This document shows positions 26,486-39,500 of a stretch of DNA of 64,000 bases, in pieces. Where the stretch lies: NCBI GenBank assembly GCA_964016885.1, contig OZ024740.1:99510001-99574000 (forward strand), in the 5' to 3' direction. Each line of letters starts with the position of its first letter. The stretch's first letter is position 1. Origin of the DNA: Eledone cirrhosa (taxonomy: Eukaryota). The notes under the pieces are model-generated. The model did no database searches, was not told where the DNA came from, and saw only the letters and a program-made list of their open reading frames with translations. The position numbers and the translations under genes were made by a program.

Positions 26486-26526
26486 TAATTTCCTATATTC
26501 TTATTTCTCTTTTCTGTTAGATAAGA

Positions 26527-27870
26527 GTGAAAGTGATGCACTATATAGGAAGAAAACTAATGGATCAAGTTATGAAAATTATGGAAAGAGTTATAGCACA
26601 GCTAACTAGGGAAAGAGTCAAATTAGTTGAGATACAGTTTGGTTTCATGGCTGTGGAAAGTTCGAGTGATGCTCTCTTATTAGTGAGGCAACTACATGAG
26701 AATTTCCTAGTCAAGAATTAGCTGCTATACTTTGCTTTTATTGATATTGAAAAGGCCTTTCTCAGAGTACCTTGATCTATTATCTGGTGGTCTTTAAGGA
26801 AATTAGATGTGGAAGAATGTCTTATGAGAGTGGCGCAAGTCATGTTTGGGGGAGCTGTTAGTAGGGTGAGAGTAGGAAATGAGTTTAGTGAAGAAGTCAA
26901 GGTACACGCAGGAGTTCATCAGGGTTCGGTTCTTAGCCCACTGCTATTCATTATAGTGCTCCAGGCCATAACAGAGGAGTTTAAAACTGGTTGATTATGG
27001 GATCTTCACTAGGGTGATGATCAGTTCCTTTTAGTTGAATCCATAAAAGCAATAAAGAATAATTTCTGACTATGTAAACAGAATTTGGAATCAAAAGGTC
27101 TGAGAGTAAACTTAAACAAACTAAACTGCTCATAACTTGGAAAGAAGATAGGATTCTGATTGTCTCAGGGAAGTGGCACTACTCGATATGTAGAAAAGGT
27201 GTAGCCATAAACTCTATACACAATGTAAATCTTGTGTACACAAGAGGTGCAGTGGGATAACAGACAGACTAACAGGAAGGGGAAGACTTTGAATGGAGGA
27301 GATGCACAGGGGTAATTTAGGGGAAGAGTGTCAGTGGTATAAATGTTTACCAATCTCAGGAAGGATCCATAGAAGTGGATGATAGCTTCTGCTATCTAAG
27401 TGACTTAATTAGCAGCTGAAGAGGGTGTTCAGAAGAAGTTTAAAAAGCTACTTCCACTATTGACAACAAAAGATTTCTCCCTACGTACAAAAGAATGACT
27501 GCATAATGCCTGTGTGTGAAGTGCAATGCTGCATTGTAGTGAAACATGGGCAGAGACAGCAAAGAACATGCATAGACTTGAGAGAAATGAAGTAACCATG
27601 CTTTGTCAGATGTACGATGTAAATATGGGAGAAAGTCTGGGCTTGGCAGAAATGAGAGAAAAACTGGTTTTAAGAGGAATCTAAAGTGGTGTGCAAGAGA
27701 GACGACTGCATTGGTATGGAAATGGGATCATCTCAAATCGCTGAAACTCACAGAGAAGATGACAAAGGAATGCAGTGATGAAAGAGAGGTTGTGCTGAAA
27801 TGTACCCATCCAGCCCATGCAAGTGTAGGAAAATGGACATAAAAACGATGATGATGTGATGAGGATGACA
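26527..27870 (+). mobile_element. Decayed RTE LINE (PHD-bearing family)
   Basis: KLMDQVMKIMERVIAQL...QFGFM and GVHQGSVLSPLLFIIVLQAITEEFK; colinear with 57430-58700; ends in CATGCAAGTGTAGGAAAATGGACAT...GATGATGAT. Confidence 0.88.
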
Positions 27871-28394
27871 CATAAACTATCTCTGCTTCGATATAAGTAT
27901 AAATCAGAATTGTCCAATTATCATATATATGCACTATTGTGTTTTCTCTGGAGAAGTAACAAACTCCATAAGTTTGAATAAGTAAGATTGCACAGGGTAG
28001 ACATGAAGTCCATAAGTGCTAGTCCATCTAGGAGAGAAGTCACTCTGAATAAAAACTGATACAATGTAGAGAGGAATCTTATATCCAGTCAAATAACCTC
28101 TCTATTGGTGGTGGCATGAAGAAATCACCAAGTCCTCACTGTAAATTGGTTGTTGACAAGAACGGCATCCAGCTAGAAAAACCCTGCTAATAACTATGAA
28201 AAGCACAAAATATATGAATCATACTAATTGTGTATATATAACTAACTCTAACCATGTTAGTGCTGTGCATAGTATTTTGGTGGCTAACCTAGTCTTGTTT
28301 GAAAATCCCTTGACTGTTATCAAGCAATTGTACACCAACTTTTCATTTAAAGTGAAGAAAGCTACTAACAAAGAACTACCTAACCACCATTGTC

Positions 28395-28550
28395 AGGCAA
28401 CACACCTTACAGATACCACTCTTAGTGTGCACACACTGGAAGATAGATCTGGAGAAATTTTAAAGTTGTTTGAGAGATGTGCAGATATATGCTGTATCCA
28501 AGAAGTGCGATAGAGGACATCCTTAGCCAGATTCCTCACAGACAAAAACA
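28395..28550 (+). mobile_element. RTE LINE APE N-terminal fragment
   Basis: TTLSVHTLEDRSGEILKLFERCADICCIQEVR* matches the APE motifs TLNV...DICCIQEVRW. Confidence 0.7.
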
Positions 28551-29059
28551 GTGTGCTGTGCACATCTACTACTGATATGATAACATAAACCTAAATAGTT
28601 GACTGATTAATAAAGTTTCATAGTTTCTAATGTCAAAAATGATATGGTGTAAAGTGAAGTGGTTCTCAAAATATGAGGCATTACAGAGAAAATGATTTAT
28701 CACTGAGACAATACAGAAATAAACTAGAATGGTCAGTTGATTTCAGACATTAATAATGAAAGAAATAATTTTTAGAATAGATTTTTGCTGAAAATTGCTT
28801 CTCTATACATTTCTTCACAAAAAAATAAAATTTCATTGAAAAATGTTTATGTATAAGTAAAATGGACATTACAGCTCTGCGTTAAAATCATTGCCAACAG
28901 TGTTTAGAATATCATATAGCATGACTTACCAACCATCTCATCATATATCAATATTACAGAATGATTGATGTAAATATAGACAATTATTCCAAAGTCAGGT
29001 TCAGTCCCACTATGTGGAAATTATGGCAAGTATCTTTTACTGTGCTTTGGTAGAAGGAA

Positions 29060-29270
29060 TCTATATACAAACCCATGAGATCGATTTTACTGCCTTGTCA
29101 CATATTATGTCACACTGATTTGGTCTGAGTATCCCATTAAGTGTACTGACTTATGGCGTGCAGGAATTTATATATAATCCCATCAGATTGAATTTACCAG
29201 CCTTGTCACATATTGTGTCATGCTGGTTTGGTCTGAGTATCCCATTAAGTGTACAGACTCATGATGTGTA
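29060..29270. repeat. ~110-bp tandem duplication
   Basis: GCCTTGTCACATATT...GTTTGGTCTGAGTATCCCATTAAGTGTAC occurs twice. Confidence 0.8.
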
Positions 29271-30364
29271 TAGTTGATGATTTTCAGTTTTCTGATTTGA
29301 GGACACTTTCTTCCCTCCCTGTCACCTGCCTTCGAGGCTCTTCAAAAGAGCTATGGCATTAATTTTACCTCTGAGTTAAATATAAATCATTACAAATATT
29401 AAATACAATATCGTTCAATCCTCATCATCTTTATAGCTTTTTGCTGCTGATTGTTGTAAGTTTGCATAGATTAGAAATCTAGCAGATTTCTATGGCTGGA
29501 TGCCCTTCCTGAGACCAAACCACACACTCTTTTGGGTATGGTAAATGCAACTAAATGTTTAATACACCACAACACTGCTGGGCATAATGTTTAAGCTCAA
29601 CATAAACTACTCTCACTGTTGACTTTAAACATTGTTACTATGATAATCATGGTAACTGGCATACACACATACATACATATACATAGACTTACACACAGAT
29701 ACACACACACTCGTGTGTGTTTGTGTGTCTGTGTGTCCTGGCTTCCTACAGTTTCTGCCTAGCAAATTTTGTCTTTGTCAACCTAGGGTTATAGTATAGA
29801 AGACACTTGTCCAAGATGCAATGCAGTAGGATTGAACTTAAAACCATGTGGTTGCAAACCAAACTTAACAACACAGTCATACCTGTACCAGTGAAAGCTA
29901 GTCCAGTGTCAACTTATCAACTTATGTGAAAGTGTAACTTAGTGAATCAATATATTTAGTTCAGAAAAATAAGTACCAGACTAAAATAAGTACTTGGGTT
30001 GGCATGGTTGACTAAAACCTCTGAAAGGTAATGCCCCAGTATGGCTACAATCCAATTACTGAAATCAAACCAGTAAAAGAATAAAAGAATATATATATTT
30101 CACAAACACATTTTCCTGTAATTTTTACTTATACATTTATTTTATTGTCAGTTTGTTTAAACATCAGCTTAATGTGAAGTTCATGTGGAGTATGATGAAG
30201 TTGTACCAATTTATTGGTGAAGTGGTGATGAAGAGGAAGAGGAGGCAAAAGAGTTCAGTACATATAAGTTAGGTTAAGCTACTCATTGAAATAAAATCAT
30301 TAAACCCAGTCAAGCTTGCAGAACTCTGGAAAAGGCAAATAGTCTAACAAATAGTCTAGGTGAG

Positions 30365-30527
30365 TGTCTGTGTATGTATGTATTCACACACACACATATA
30401 TATATATATATATGTATATATATGTGTATGTATGTATGTATATATATATATATATATGTGTGTGCATATATGTATATATATGTGTGTACATATATACACA
30501 AACACACACACACACATATATATATAA
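30365..30527. repeat. Compound (TA)/(CA)/(TATG) microsatellite
   Basis: Seen directly; explains the overlapping low-complexity ORFs. Confidence 0.95.
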
Positions 30528-30979
30528 TTATCGAAATAAAAATAACAGCACATCATTAAAACAGACGAAAACAAAAAGGTAAGCACAAAACAAAAGACAA
30601 AAGTGGGCCAACAATAAAAATAAAATAACTAATACTTAGAAGCAAGCTATTAACTGATCTAGCCAGATATTCCCCCTGCAGTTCAAAGAAGAGGATATAG
30701 GTGTGATAAAACAAAATGAAGCAATAGTAACAAAATTGCCATTTTGATGTTAAATGAAGTCAAATATCTCCACCACTCCCCCATTGCTTCTAAATACCTG
30801 TTTTTAAGTGAGAGTAGGGGAGGTCTTTCATATTTTACTTTTTTTCTGTTTTATTTTTCTCTGTTTACTGTTTTTCATTGTTGTTTTTATTAATTTTTAT
30901 CTCATTCTCTTGTAAAGCCATAATTCATTTGAGGAATATACAAAACTGTATTTATCTTTTAATATACTGAACTCACTGT

Positions 30980-31660
30980 CTGTGACTCTTTCTCTTTTTC
31001 TCAGTCTCTCTCCGTCTTTTTTACTCTCTTTTTCACTTCATTTTTTCCTATCACTATCTCTCTGTCTCTGTTTCTCCTGCTTTCTCTATTGTCCTTTTTG
31101 TCAGCATCCTCTCTCTATCTCTTTATTTCACTACATCGTCTCTTTTTATATCTATCTATGACTCCCATGCCTTCTCTAATTATTGCTCTTTTGACTGCCT
31201 ATATACAAGTCTGTCTGCATACATATTTATCTGCTTCTCTTTTTCTCTCTCTCTCTCTTATCTCTATCTCTCTAACCTTTTATAATTGTTGTCCTTTGCC
31301 TTTATGTGTTTGCATGTCTGTCTACCTGCATCTTTTCCCTTCTCTCTTTATTATTTCACAAGATCATTTTTCTGTTTATATTTCTCTGTTTCTATCTCTC
31401 TCCTGATCTCTACCTATTGTTCTTTTGTCTGTCTCTCTCTGTCTGTATGAAATTTTCTCTCTCACTCTTTCTTTCCTTTTATTTTTCACTCTCTCGAACT
31501 CTCGTTTTCGCTTCATCTCTTTCTCTGTATCTTTTTTCTCCCCTAAACTCTCTTCTTCTCTGTCTATTTACTTTTCTTTCTCTCAATACACCCCCTCTTT
31601 CTCTCACACACACCCACACATACACACATGCACAACCACATACACCCATACTTTCTGCTT
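30980..31660. repeat. CT-rich polypyrimidine low-complexity tract
   Basis: Degenerate (CT)n/(TCTT)n runs. Confidence 0.85.
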
Positions 31661-32283
31661 TTGTCTACAATAGTATAATACAACAAAGCTATCTTTCGGT
31701 TCCTTGCTCATGCATAGCTTGTTTTTGTCTGAGGTGGTGAAGTTATCTCAATAAACGGAACCAATTAGTAAAGCTAAAGGTAATAGATTTGGAGAAGGAT
31801 TCATTGTTAAAAGAAAGAAATTGATTGTTTCAAGTCCAGAATAAAGTAGAGGTGTGGTTCTGCAGTAGTGGAATTAATGTATTATTAACCAAATAGTCAT
31901 AAGTTCAAATTTTACCAACCCATTGTAAAGTGTTGCCAATATTAATGAAATATTTTGTTGAAATGCTCTCTTTCAGTAGTCATACATAAAAAAAAACGTC
32001 ATATAATTTAGTCACTGTAAGTTCAAATTTGGCACAAATCATTGTAAAGTATAATTGATAGTGTAATATTTGCCAATTAGCTCTGTAATCCAAGTTGCTT
32101 TAGCAATGACCATCCCATCTTTTTTTTTCAGTTGAATTCTTTTATCTAAAACTACGTTATCAACTATACCCTTCCTTGTTCTTGCTGATTTTTTGCTAAA
32201 GGTCTCTCTGATCCAAATATTGTGGGCGATGTCAGTCAATTAAATTGATCGCAGTATTTGATTGGTAATATATTTTATCAACC

Positions 32284-32499
32284 GGAGGATTAACAGTATC
32301 GGTAGAGTGTCGGACGCCATGCTTTGCAGCATAGAGTAACGGCCCTTTCTGAGCTGAGTGCAAATCCCGTTGAGGTTAACTTCGCCTTTCATCCTTACAG
32401 GGTTGATAAAATAAAGTACCAGTAATGCACTGGGGTCGATTTAATCGACTTTCCCCACGCCCAAAATTGCTGGCCTTGTGCCTATATAAGAAACCAATG
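32284..32499 (+). mobile_element. Young SINE family A inserted in an older minus-strand SINE
   Basis: Complete head, core and tail; flanked by the 13-bp TSD TATTTTATCAACC (32271-32283 and 32500-32512). Confidence 0.88.
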
Positions 32500-33060
32500 T
32501 ATTTTATCAACCACAAAACGATGAAAAGCAAATGTATATTCCTTATGTATTTTCGTTCAAATTTTTTAGAGCTTTACTAAACTATACATTTTTGGAAACG
32601 GTAGGATGTATTGAACACAAAAATCAATGTTGCCATTTTTTTAGGGTTCCGAACATGGCCGTCTTAGGGGTTCAAAATGGCGACCATTTCAAATCTAAAT
32701 TTATCAATAGAGAGAGAGAAGCAGATAAATATGTATGCAGACAGACTTGTATATAGGCAGTCAAAAGAGCAATAATTAGAGAAGGAAGGGGAGTCATAGA
32801 TAGATATAAAAAGAGACAAATGATGTAGTGAAATAAATAGATAGAGAGAGAGGATGCCTTTTACTTTCAGTGGCTAAACTTACATTTTAAGGGGACAGAA
32901 GTCTAGAGAAATTGACTACAATCACTTACGTTTAACATGAAGAAAGATTTTTTTAATAAAAATACCAATTTTAATGACAAAATTGCAAACACCACATACA
33001 AATATGATATTTCTTCTTTAGATCCACTCATAATCAGGATATCGAAGCATGAGTCAAACA

Positions 33061-33416
33061 TAATAAAAATAAATTTGTCTTCACGTACACTTTATTTTAA
33101 TACATAAAACAAATAAAAATAAATTTGTCTTCACGTACACTTTATTTTAATACATAAAACAAATAAAAATAAATTTGTCTTCACGTTCACTTTATTTTAA
33201 TACATAAAACAAATAAAAATAAATTTGTCTTCACGTACACTTTATTTTAATACATAAAACAAATAAAAATAAATTTGTCTTCACGTACACTTTATTTTAA
33301 TACATAAAACAAATAAAAATAAATTTGTCTTCACGTTCACTTTATTTTAATACATAAAACAAATAAAAATAAATTTGTCTTCACGTACACTTTATTTTAA
33401 TACATAAAACAAATAA
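33061..33416. repeat. 50-bp minisatellite, 7 copies
   Basis: Unit AAATAAAAATAAATTTGTCTTCACGTWCACTTTATTTTAATACATAAAAC. Confidence 0.97.
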
Positions 33417-33543
33417 TTCGTGGACACTTTGCTTTTGTCCATTTCACGATAAAATCAGTCATGACTTTTAACAGGCAGGAATATAAATTTGTGCACACTT
33501 TGTTATTGCCACTTTTAGAACGGAATCAGTCATAACCATGATA

Positions 33544-36500
33544 TCAGTCATCACTCTCACTATCAGTATTACCTGAGTCAAGGTTTTCATAAACTCTTTC
33601 CGCGTCATTTTCACACTGTGTGGTGCACAGGCAAAGGTCGGTGCACTGCAGATTCTTTGACTTGCAGGAACATCTTTGTGAGGAACAATCTCCCTTGTAC
33701 TAGCATCTCACAATCTCAATGATGGCTTTAGGTGCTGGAGGATGATCAGTAGTGGTTGGCTTTAGTTGGCCATCATCTCCCTTGTAGTAGCCATTCTGCA
33801 TTGGATCCAGCGGAACTTGCTGGAGAGTGCTTGCCTGGCCCCAAACTCGTGCTTGCACATGTACGCTTAAGATGTGCTGCTTGAGGGCACCAACTGTAGG
33901 TGGTAACTTGTCACTCTCTGACATGTATTTACAGAACAGGTACCATCGCAACACTGGAATGCTTTTGATTTAGATTCCTTTTGGACTGTAGGCAGGATAT
34001 GATGCTCAAGGGAATGGCTTTCACCAACACCAAATTGGTTCTACAACTCCTTTGCAAGGCAGGACATTTCAAGAGCTGCCAGGAAGAAGCGTTGCCTTGC
34101 ATTTGAATTATTGGAAATTCCATGAGACCAGCTTGAACTTTCATGAATTTGTTAAGATGTTCACAGGCATGGTCACCTCCAATGGATACGAATGCGATGA
34201 CATTCTTGGTGATGGATATATTGCCCTCTTCAAGTTACCTCCATGTGTCGGGGTGGTTGGTCTTCGATGCGTGCATATCTGCTATGTAGCGTGGCCAGAG
34301 TCTCTTATACTTTAACCCGTCCATTGAGAAGAACAGCTTGCTCAGTGCTTCTCCAGCTTCAAGATAAAGATTCAGATCAGCATTCCGCGATGCCGCTACA
34401 AAGTACAGAACTGTCTCTACCCGATGCATATAGTTCTACAATGATCTAAACATGGCATTTTTAGATTTCTCTGCTTCCCAGTCTTGCAGTTTCTTGACCA
34501 CATCATACTCTGCTAAGACTTGCTGCAGATGAGCATTTGCATGCTTCACAGACTCGGCCTTGGTGCCTTTGTTCTGAACCGCCTCTTCTACTTGAATCGT
34601 TGCTTCTAGACAGATCTTTCAGGTGAGGATTGTCCTCTAGGAACTGCTTCAATGCCAGTTCATAAAGTGCCATGTGGGAGTAAATGTGTGCACTTGAGAA
34701 TTTGTCTGGTTGTGGCAGAATTATACAGATCGGCTTCCATCCAGGTTTCGTCTATTCCCGAGTTTTCAATTCAAGAGCCGAGAGCTCTCAAAGCAGTCAT
34801 GACAACATGACACTCACCAAGTCTTGGCAGCACTTTGCCCTTCAAATCTGGCCTAGCATCAACCAACTGTACTGCTTTCTTGTAGAGTGCCATATCGAAG
34901 GAAATGACAGTGATGTTCTTGTCAGTAACTGCCAGCACTTTTAATTTGTTTGCTTGCATCATAACGGTTAGCAATGTTGGCCATTCATGCGCGACTTCTG
35001 GGAGCAAAGGTAGAGCTCCAACCTCAGTTAAGGGTAGGCTTGTCGACAAAAGTGGTTTATAGCCTGCCCAGACTGGAATTCGACTCGAGTCTCCATCGTT
35101 CATTCGGGAAACAGCGTAGGCAATGAACCATCCCAGATGTGTGAGCTGGTAGGTACTATCCACACCTTCTTTGTCAATGGCAAACTGAATCATCCTCTTC
35201 TCGGATGATGTCTTCTGCTTTGGCTTCTCACAAGGAACTATAGCTGTATGATATGGGGTCACAGAGAGACTCTGTGCATCAGTGATATTTAGGGATGATG
35301 CAATTGGTTCTCCAGAGGCATCAGCTTTCTGGTATACGGCAGTAATAGTGCCATGGGTGATCCCTTTACCATCTAGAGTGTCCTCAGTCAAATCCGCATT
35401 GTCTACTGCGAAGAAGACAAAAGTGCCTTTCTTGAGGAATGGTGGCACATACATCCCTTGAAACTGTTTGGTGTTCTCCACTACAGCATTGGCAACGGCT
35501 GTTTCCATCATTAGCATACGGCTGTATGAAACACAGTAATCTTGGCAGTTGAGGAGATTAACGAGCATCTTATTTCTTGACTTTTGATGGATGCTCAGCG
35601 CCAATCCCACAACTTGGGGATTTTCTCTAACATGCTGCGACTGAAAGCCAGCATGCTCAGTTTTGGGCTTGTATGTGACTTGTCTCTTAGACTTGAATCC
35701 AAACATCAGATTTTGACTCATTGTAATGGCAGCTCTGTCCACAGCATGTGTTCGAACTTCAGTCTCCAGTTCATTTGCAGGCCCTGCCATCATCCAGCGA
35801 ATAAGTGTATAGAGTTCCACTGGCACATCTTCTATTTTGCTGGAAACTGGGATTGAACTATGTGGCAGTTGTCTTTTGGTAAAATGTTCAATGTTGTGGC
35901 GAACAAGCTGTGCTGACCTATAGAGATTGTTCATGTTGTCCGTGTCATCAGATATGATGGCAGAGTGAACCATTTTAACCTCACAGGCTTCAGTGTAATA
36001 TAACACAGCTGACTTTCGCCTATTGCTTTGCAGAACAGACCTTACACTTGGTAATTCTGTTAATATTTTGTTTTTCAGCCATTTTCTGGTATAGACAGGT
36101 CTGTGATTTGGCAAAGCCTCTGCTCCACCTAGCATGTTCAAATAGGTATTCTCGATGTCTGCCATGGAAAGATATGCGCCATTTGTTGTTTGCACGTCGA
36201 TAATGTTCACTAATTCAAAGAAACTAGCTGTTTGCTGTTGACACCCACTATCTTTATTTGCTTTGTTTGCGATAGCTTTATCTCTCAGAACATGGAACAC
36301 ATTTCTTGTCCAACACTGTTTATGAAATTTGATATCAACAGCGTGGGCATCCCCTTCGGAGATGCAAGATGCCATTCTTGTTTTTGGTTCTGGATTAGGA
36401 GAGATTTCCACAGCTTTTTTTAGAGCTTGGCCCACATTGGCAGTTCTTACTGCAAACAACTGTTGGTCACCAAACGTTTGACAAAAAAAGCACAAATCAT

Positions 36501-36945
36501 TTTCCAATGGGTTTGTTGCTGACCGTGTAAACGGCCCTAAGATTGCAACAGAAGTTAATGGATCACCCTGTCAAAGCTTGAAGGGCGTCCTCGCTTACTA
36601 CGGATATGTGATCCAGTAGACAAAGACTGTTGGTGACGGTCTCTTGCACGTTGCCTTTTTGACTTTACTGGTGGCGATGGAGTAGCACGTGCGATGCCAA
36701 AAAGCCTTATTTCTCTGCAAAGTTTATGTTGTGCAGTCTTCTAGCCTCTTTTGAATTTTGACAGATTCGCCATCATGCAGTAATGCTCGCTCCTTCACTG
36801 CAGCTAACAAACTACGGTATGAATTTAATTTTGGTTGTAACACAAACTGGCCTGCATCTTGTAGGCACAAACTACACCGTTTCCAGTCAATTGTCTCTTG
36901 CTGTCTACCAAGTTGTGGTAACGTTGCCGTGGCCACGTTGTTCAT
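33544..36945 (-). pseudogene. Academ-type transposase pseudogene
   Basis: N-terminal DWKRCSLCLQ, WHRTCYS and KRGRP; CFFCQ...GDAHAVDIKFHKQCW; putative catalytic AVDNAD...HGT, ISFDMALY, RLGECH and GDHACEHLNK; C-terminal LPPT.GALKQH...QARVW...PPAP plus Cys-rich end (C*.KGDCSSQRCSCKSKNLQCTDLCLCTTQCEN); multiple stops and frameshifts. Confidence 0.85.
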
Positions 36946-37379
36946 TGGTCTGAAAAATTATAAACACTAATGAAGTAATTACATGGCATTTGATTATTAT
37001 TTTTATCATTATTATTATTGTCATTATGTTAAATTAGCCACTAAAATTAGAAGCCCAGTTCGTTAGAATTTGAGATACTGTTGAAAAAGGTTATGTTAGT
37101 CACCATTTTGAAATTCCAAGATGGCCACCACAGACACCTTGAAAAAAATGGCAACATTGGTTTTTGGATTCAGTATGTCTAAAGTTTTCGAATTTATAAT
37201 GTTTTGCTAATATCCAAGTAATCTGAATGAAAGTACCAATTGTTATATTTTGAACTTGACTAAAAGTTAATTAAGCAGGATTTAAACTCATAATGTAAAG
37301 ACCTGAAACAAATCCTGGAAAACATTTTCTATTTAACAATTCTGTCAATCCATCGCACTTGGTTCCTTTATCACACCTA

Positions 37380-37598
37380 AATAATGGTTTCTCATTTAGG
37401 CACAATGCCAACAATTTGGGGGAAGAGGAAAGTCGATTAAATTGTCCTCAGTGTGGTACTGGTTCTTTATTTTATCGACCCTGTTAGGATGAAAGGCAAA
37501 GCTAACCTCAGCGAGATTTGAAATCAAAACATAAAGGGCTGTAACGCTAAGCTGCAAAGCATGATGTCCAAGACTCTACCGATATTGCTATTCCACCT
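37380..37598 (-). mobile_element. SINE family A
   Basis: TTTTATCGACCCTGTTAGGATGAAAGGCAAAGCTAACCTCAGCGAGATTTGAA. Confidence 0.82.
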
Positions 37599-38774
37599 CT
37601 AAATAATGACATCATGCACATTTGCATTTCCATTTCATTTAGCTGCTATTTCAAGGAAACTATCAGAAAGTCAACAATAGATACTGAGGATAAATTATAT
37701 AAATAGATGTTATTTTAATCTGCTTATATATTAGGCTATATATTAAGATAAAATATCTCATAATACAATGTATATAAAGTAAATTAACATAGAATCCTAT
37801 GATTGCTTCATGGTTCTGATAAATAGAAGGAGCAATTGAATGCCTTACCTCAGATGATTATGAGGGAGATGTGTTGAAAGGACCAGTCCAACTCATGTAA
37901 CCTGTACTTGCAGATAGCCATTTCCACCACAGTCAAAGTAAGAATGAATGTTGTTCAAGGTGTTTACATGTCAAATGTTTTCACCGTTATCGGTAATTTA
38001 TCAGCTTGTTATCTTTCATCTATAAGGTGACACAGCCTGGGTTAATGTCAATGCTTTAAGAAACCAGTTAAATCTAAAACAAAGAAAATGTGCACCAATT
38101 TACTTGTATAAATTGAATTGCCAGCTCTGCATGAAAGCAAAAGGTATTGATAAGGTTTGTTTTCAAATAGCAAGATGATGGGGACATGACCTACTGCACC
38201 ATTTACATCAAATTTACCACAGAGAAGAACATTTTACTACTGGTTGGTTTTCGTTTTCTTTTACTGTTTAATTAAGGAAGGAAAGTTTGTGCCTATGATT
38301 CTTTACAGAGCTGCTGAGACTGGTGGGGGGAGATAAGGACAGAGAGAGAGAGAGAGAGAGGTGCTCTGGTGCCAGAGATCAATCCTGAATGCTTGCAACA
38401 AAATGATGATCATCATCATCTTCGTTTAACGTCCATTTTCCATGCTAGCATGGAAAAATACTCAAGGATACAAGGTCCGGATGTTAGATATGGCAACAGA
38501 TTAAGTCTACAATCAAAGAGCAGGAATTATCCTCCCTACAATGGATTTCTATACAGTTCCTAACAAATTTTATTCACAAGGCTTTTCTCAACTCATGGCT
38601 ATTGGTAAGTGCCACTAAATGGGATCAAATTTCTAAAATTATCAGGGAAATTTGTTGAGAAAGCGTAGGTAATAAATTTTAAGTAAAAATTTCATTTTAA
38701 GAAATTTCTATAAAATGCTCAACACATTTTATTGAAAATGTGAGCTAGAAAAGTTACATGAAGGTTTGAAATAA

Positions 38775-39500
38775 TCTTCTTCTTACTTATTTCTGGGAAG
38801 ATCCTAAGGGCAGAGATATCAAACACCCCCTCCAATATGTCCTATCAGAAGTAACTGTCTCCAATTCATCCAACTGGATTACCAAATAAGACCAGCCAAG
38901 CTCTTAGATGTTATTCAGCTATCCTGCTTGAGGTCTACCCAACAGTCTCCAGCCAGTTGCTTTTTCCTGTAAAATCTGTTCAGCGATTCTGTACTTAGAC
39001 ATTCTAACCATGTCTTTATAGTATTGGAGCTATGATTTCTCAATTCGGAGAAGTAGCTGCTTTACCTGGAGTTAATATCTGATCTCTGAGCCACACATTA
39101 TATTGAGTAACAATACTCCAAAACTTCTTTGGGGGAACCCCATTTTGACCCGCTTAGTTTCTTAATTAATACCCAAGATTTGTAAGGGTTTGCACAAATA
39201 CCAAATTGAAGATAGCAAGTCTGATTTTTACACATACCTCCCTTTTTCTGATGCCCAAGTACTGAAGCTGGCACATTACTGCATGTGCTCCTGCAATACT
39301 TGCACTTAATTCAGCTTTGTGACTTCCATCAGTCATAAACACAGTCCAATACTTGAAATTCTCCACCTGTTTCAGTGCAACTCCACTCAAAAGTAAAGTC
39401 CATTGCATAGGCCCCCTGGAGAGGCAAGTTTCTCATTTTTTGCAGCACTGATTTTCATTCCTGCCATACAGTACTCTGCAGCAATGCTATCAAATGATGC
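38775..39500 (-). mobile_element. RTE LINE 3' fragment (second family)
   Basis: Colinear with 24500-25250; LKQVENFKY...ELSASIAGAHAVM; short (GAA)n tail near 38775. Confidence 0.8.

Larger units (their letters stand above)
32533..37262 (-). mobile_element. Academ (AcademX-type) DNA transposon, internally deleted
   Basis: Right end reads 5'-TAGTCAAGTTC on the minus strand (TAG terminus); ~150-bp imperfect inverted ends (32545-32686 vs 37098-37240) share AATGTTGCCATTTTTTT and CAAAATGGYGAC; interrupts a SINE with an AAA duplication; Academ-type transposase inside. The left terminal ~13 bp appear lost. Confidence 0.85.

Noticed and set aside
30152-30272. Acidic, coding-looking stretch (EVHVEYDEVV...DEEEEEAKE)
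   Set aside because: In-frame stop, weak donor site and no recognisable homology.
30310-31740. ORFs rich in Y/I/C/V/H or S/L/F (also at 46294-46650, 48328-48852, 49322-49534, 56180-56400, 60221-60604)
   Set aside because: They are translations of microsatellite or low-complexity DNA.
33061-33416. CRISPR-like regular repeat
   Set aside because: Units are contiguous with no unique spacers, in a eukaryotic context; it is a minisatellite.
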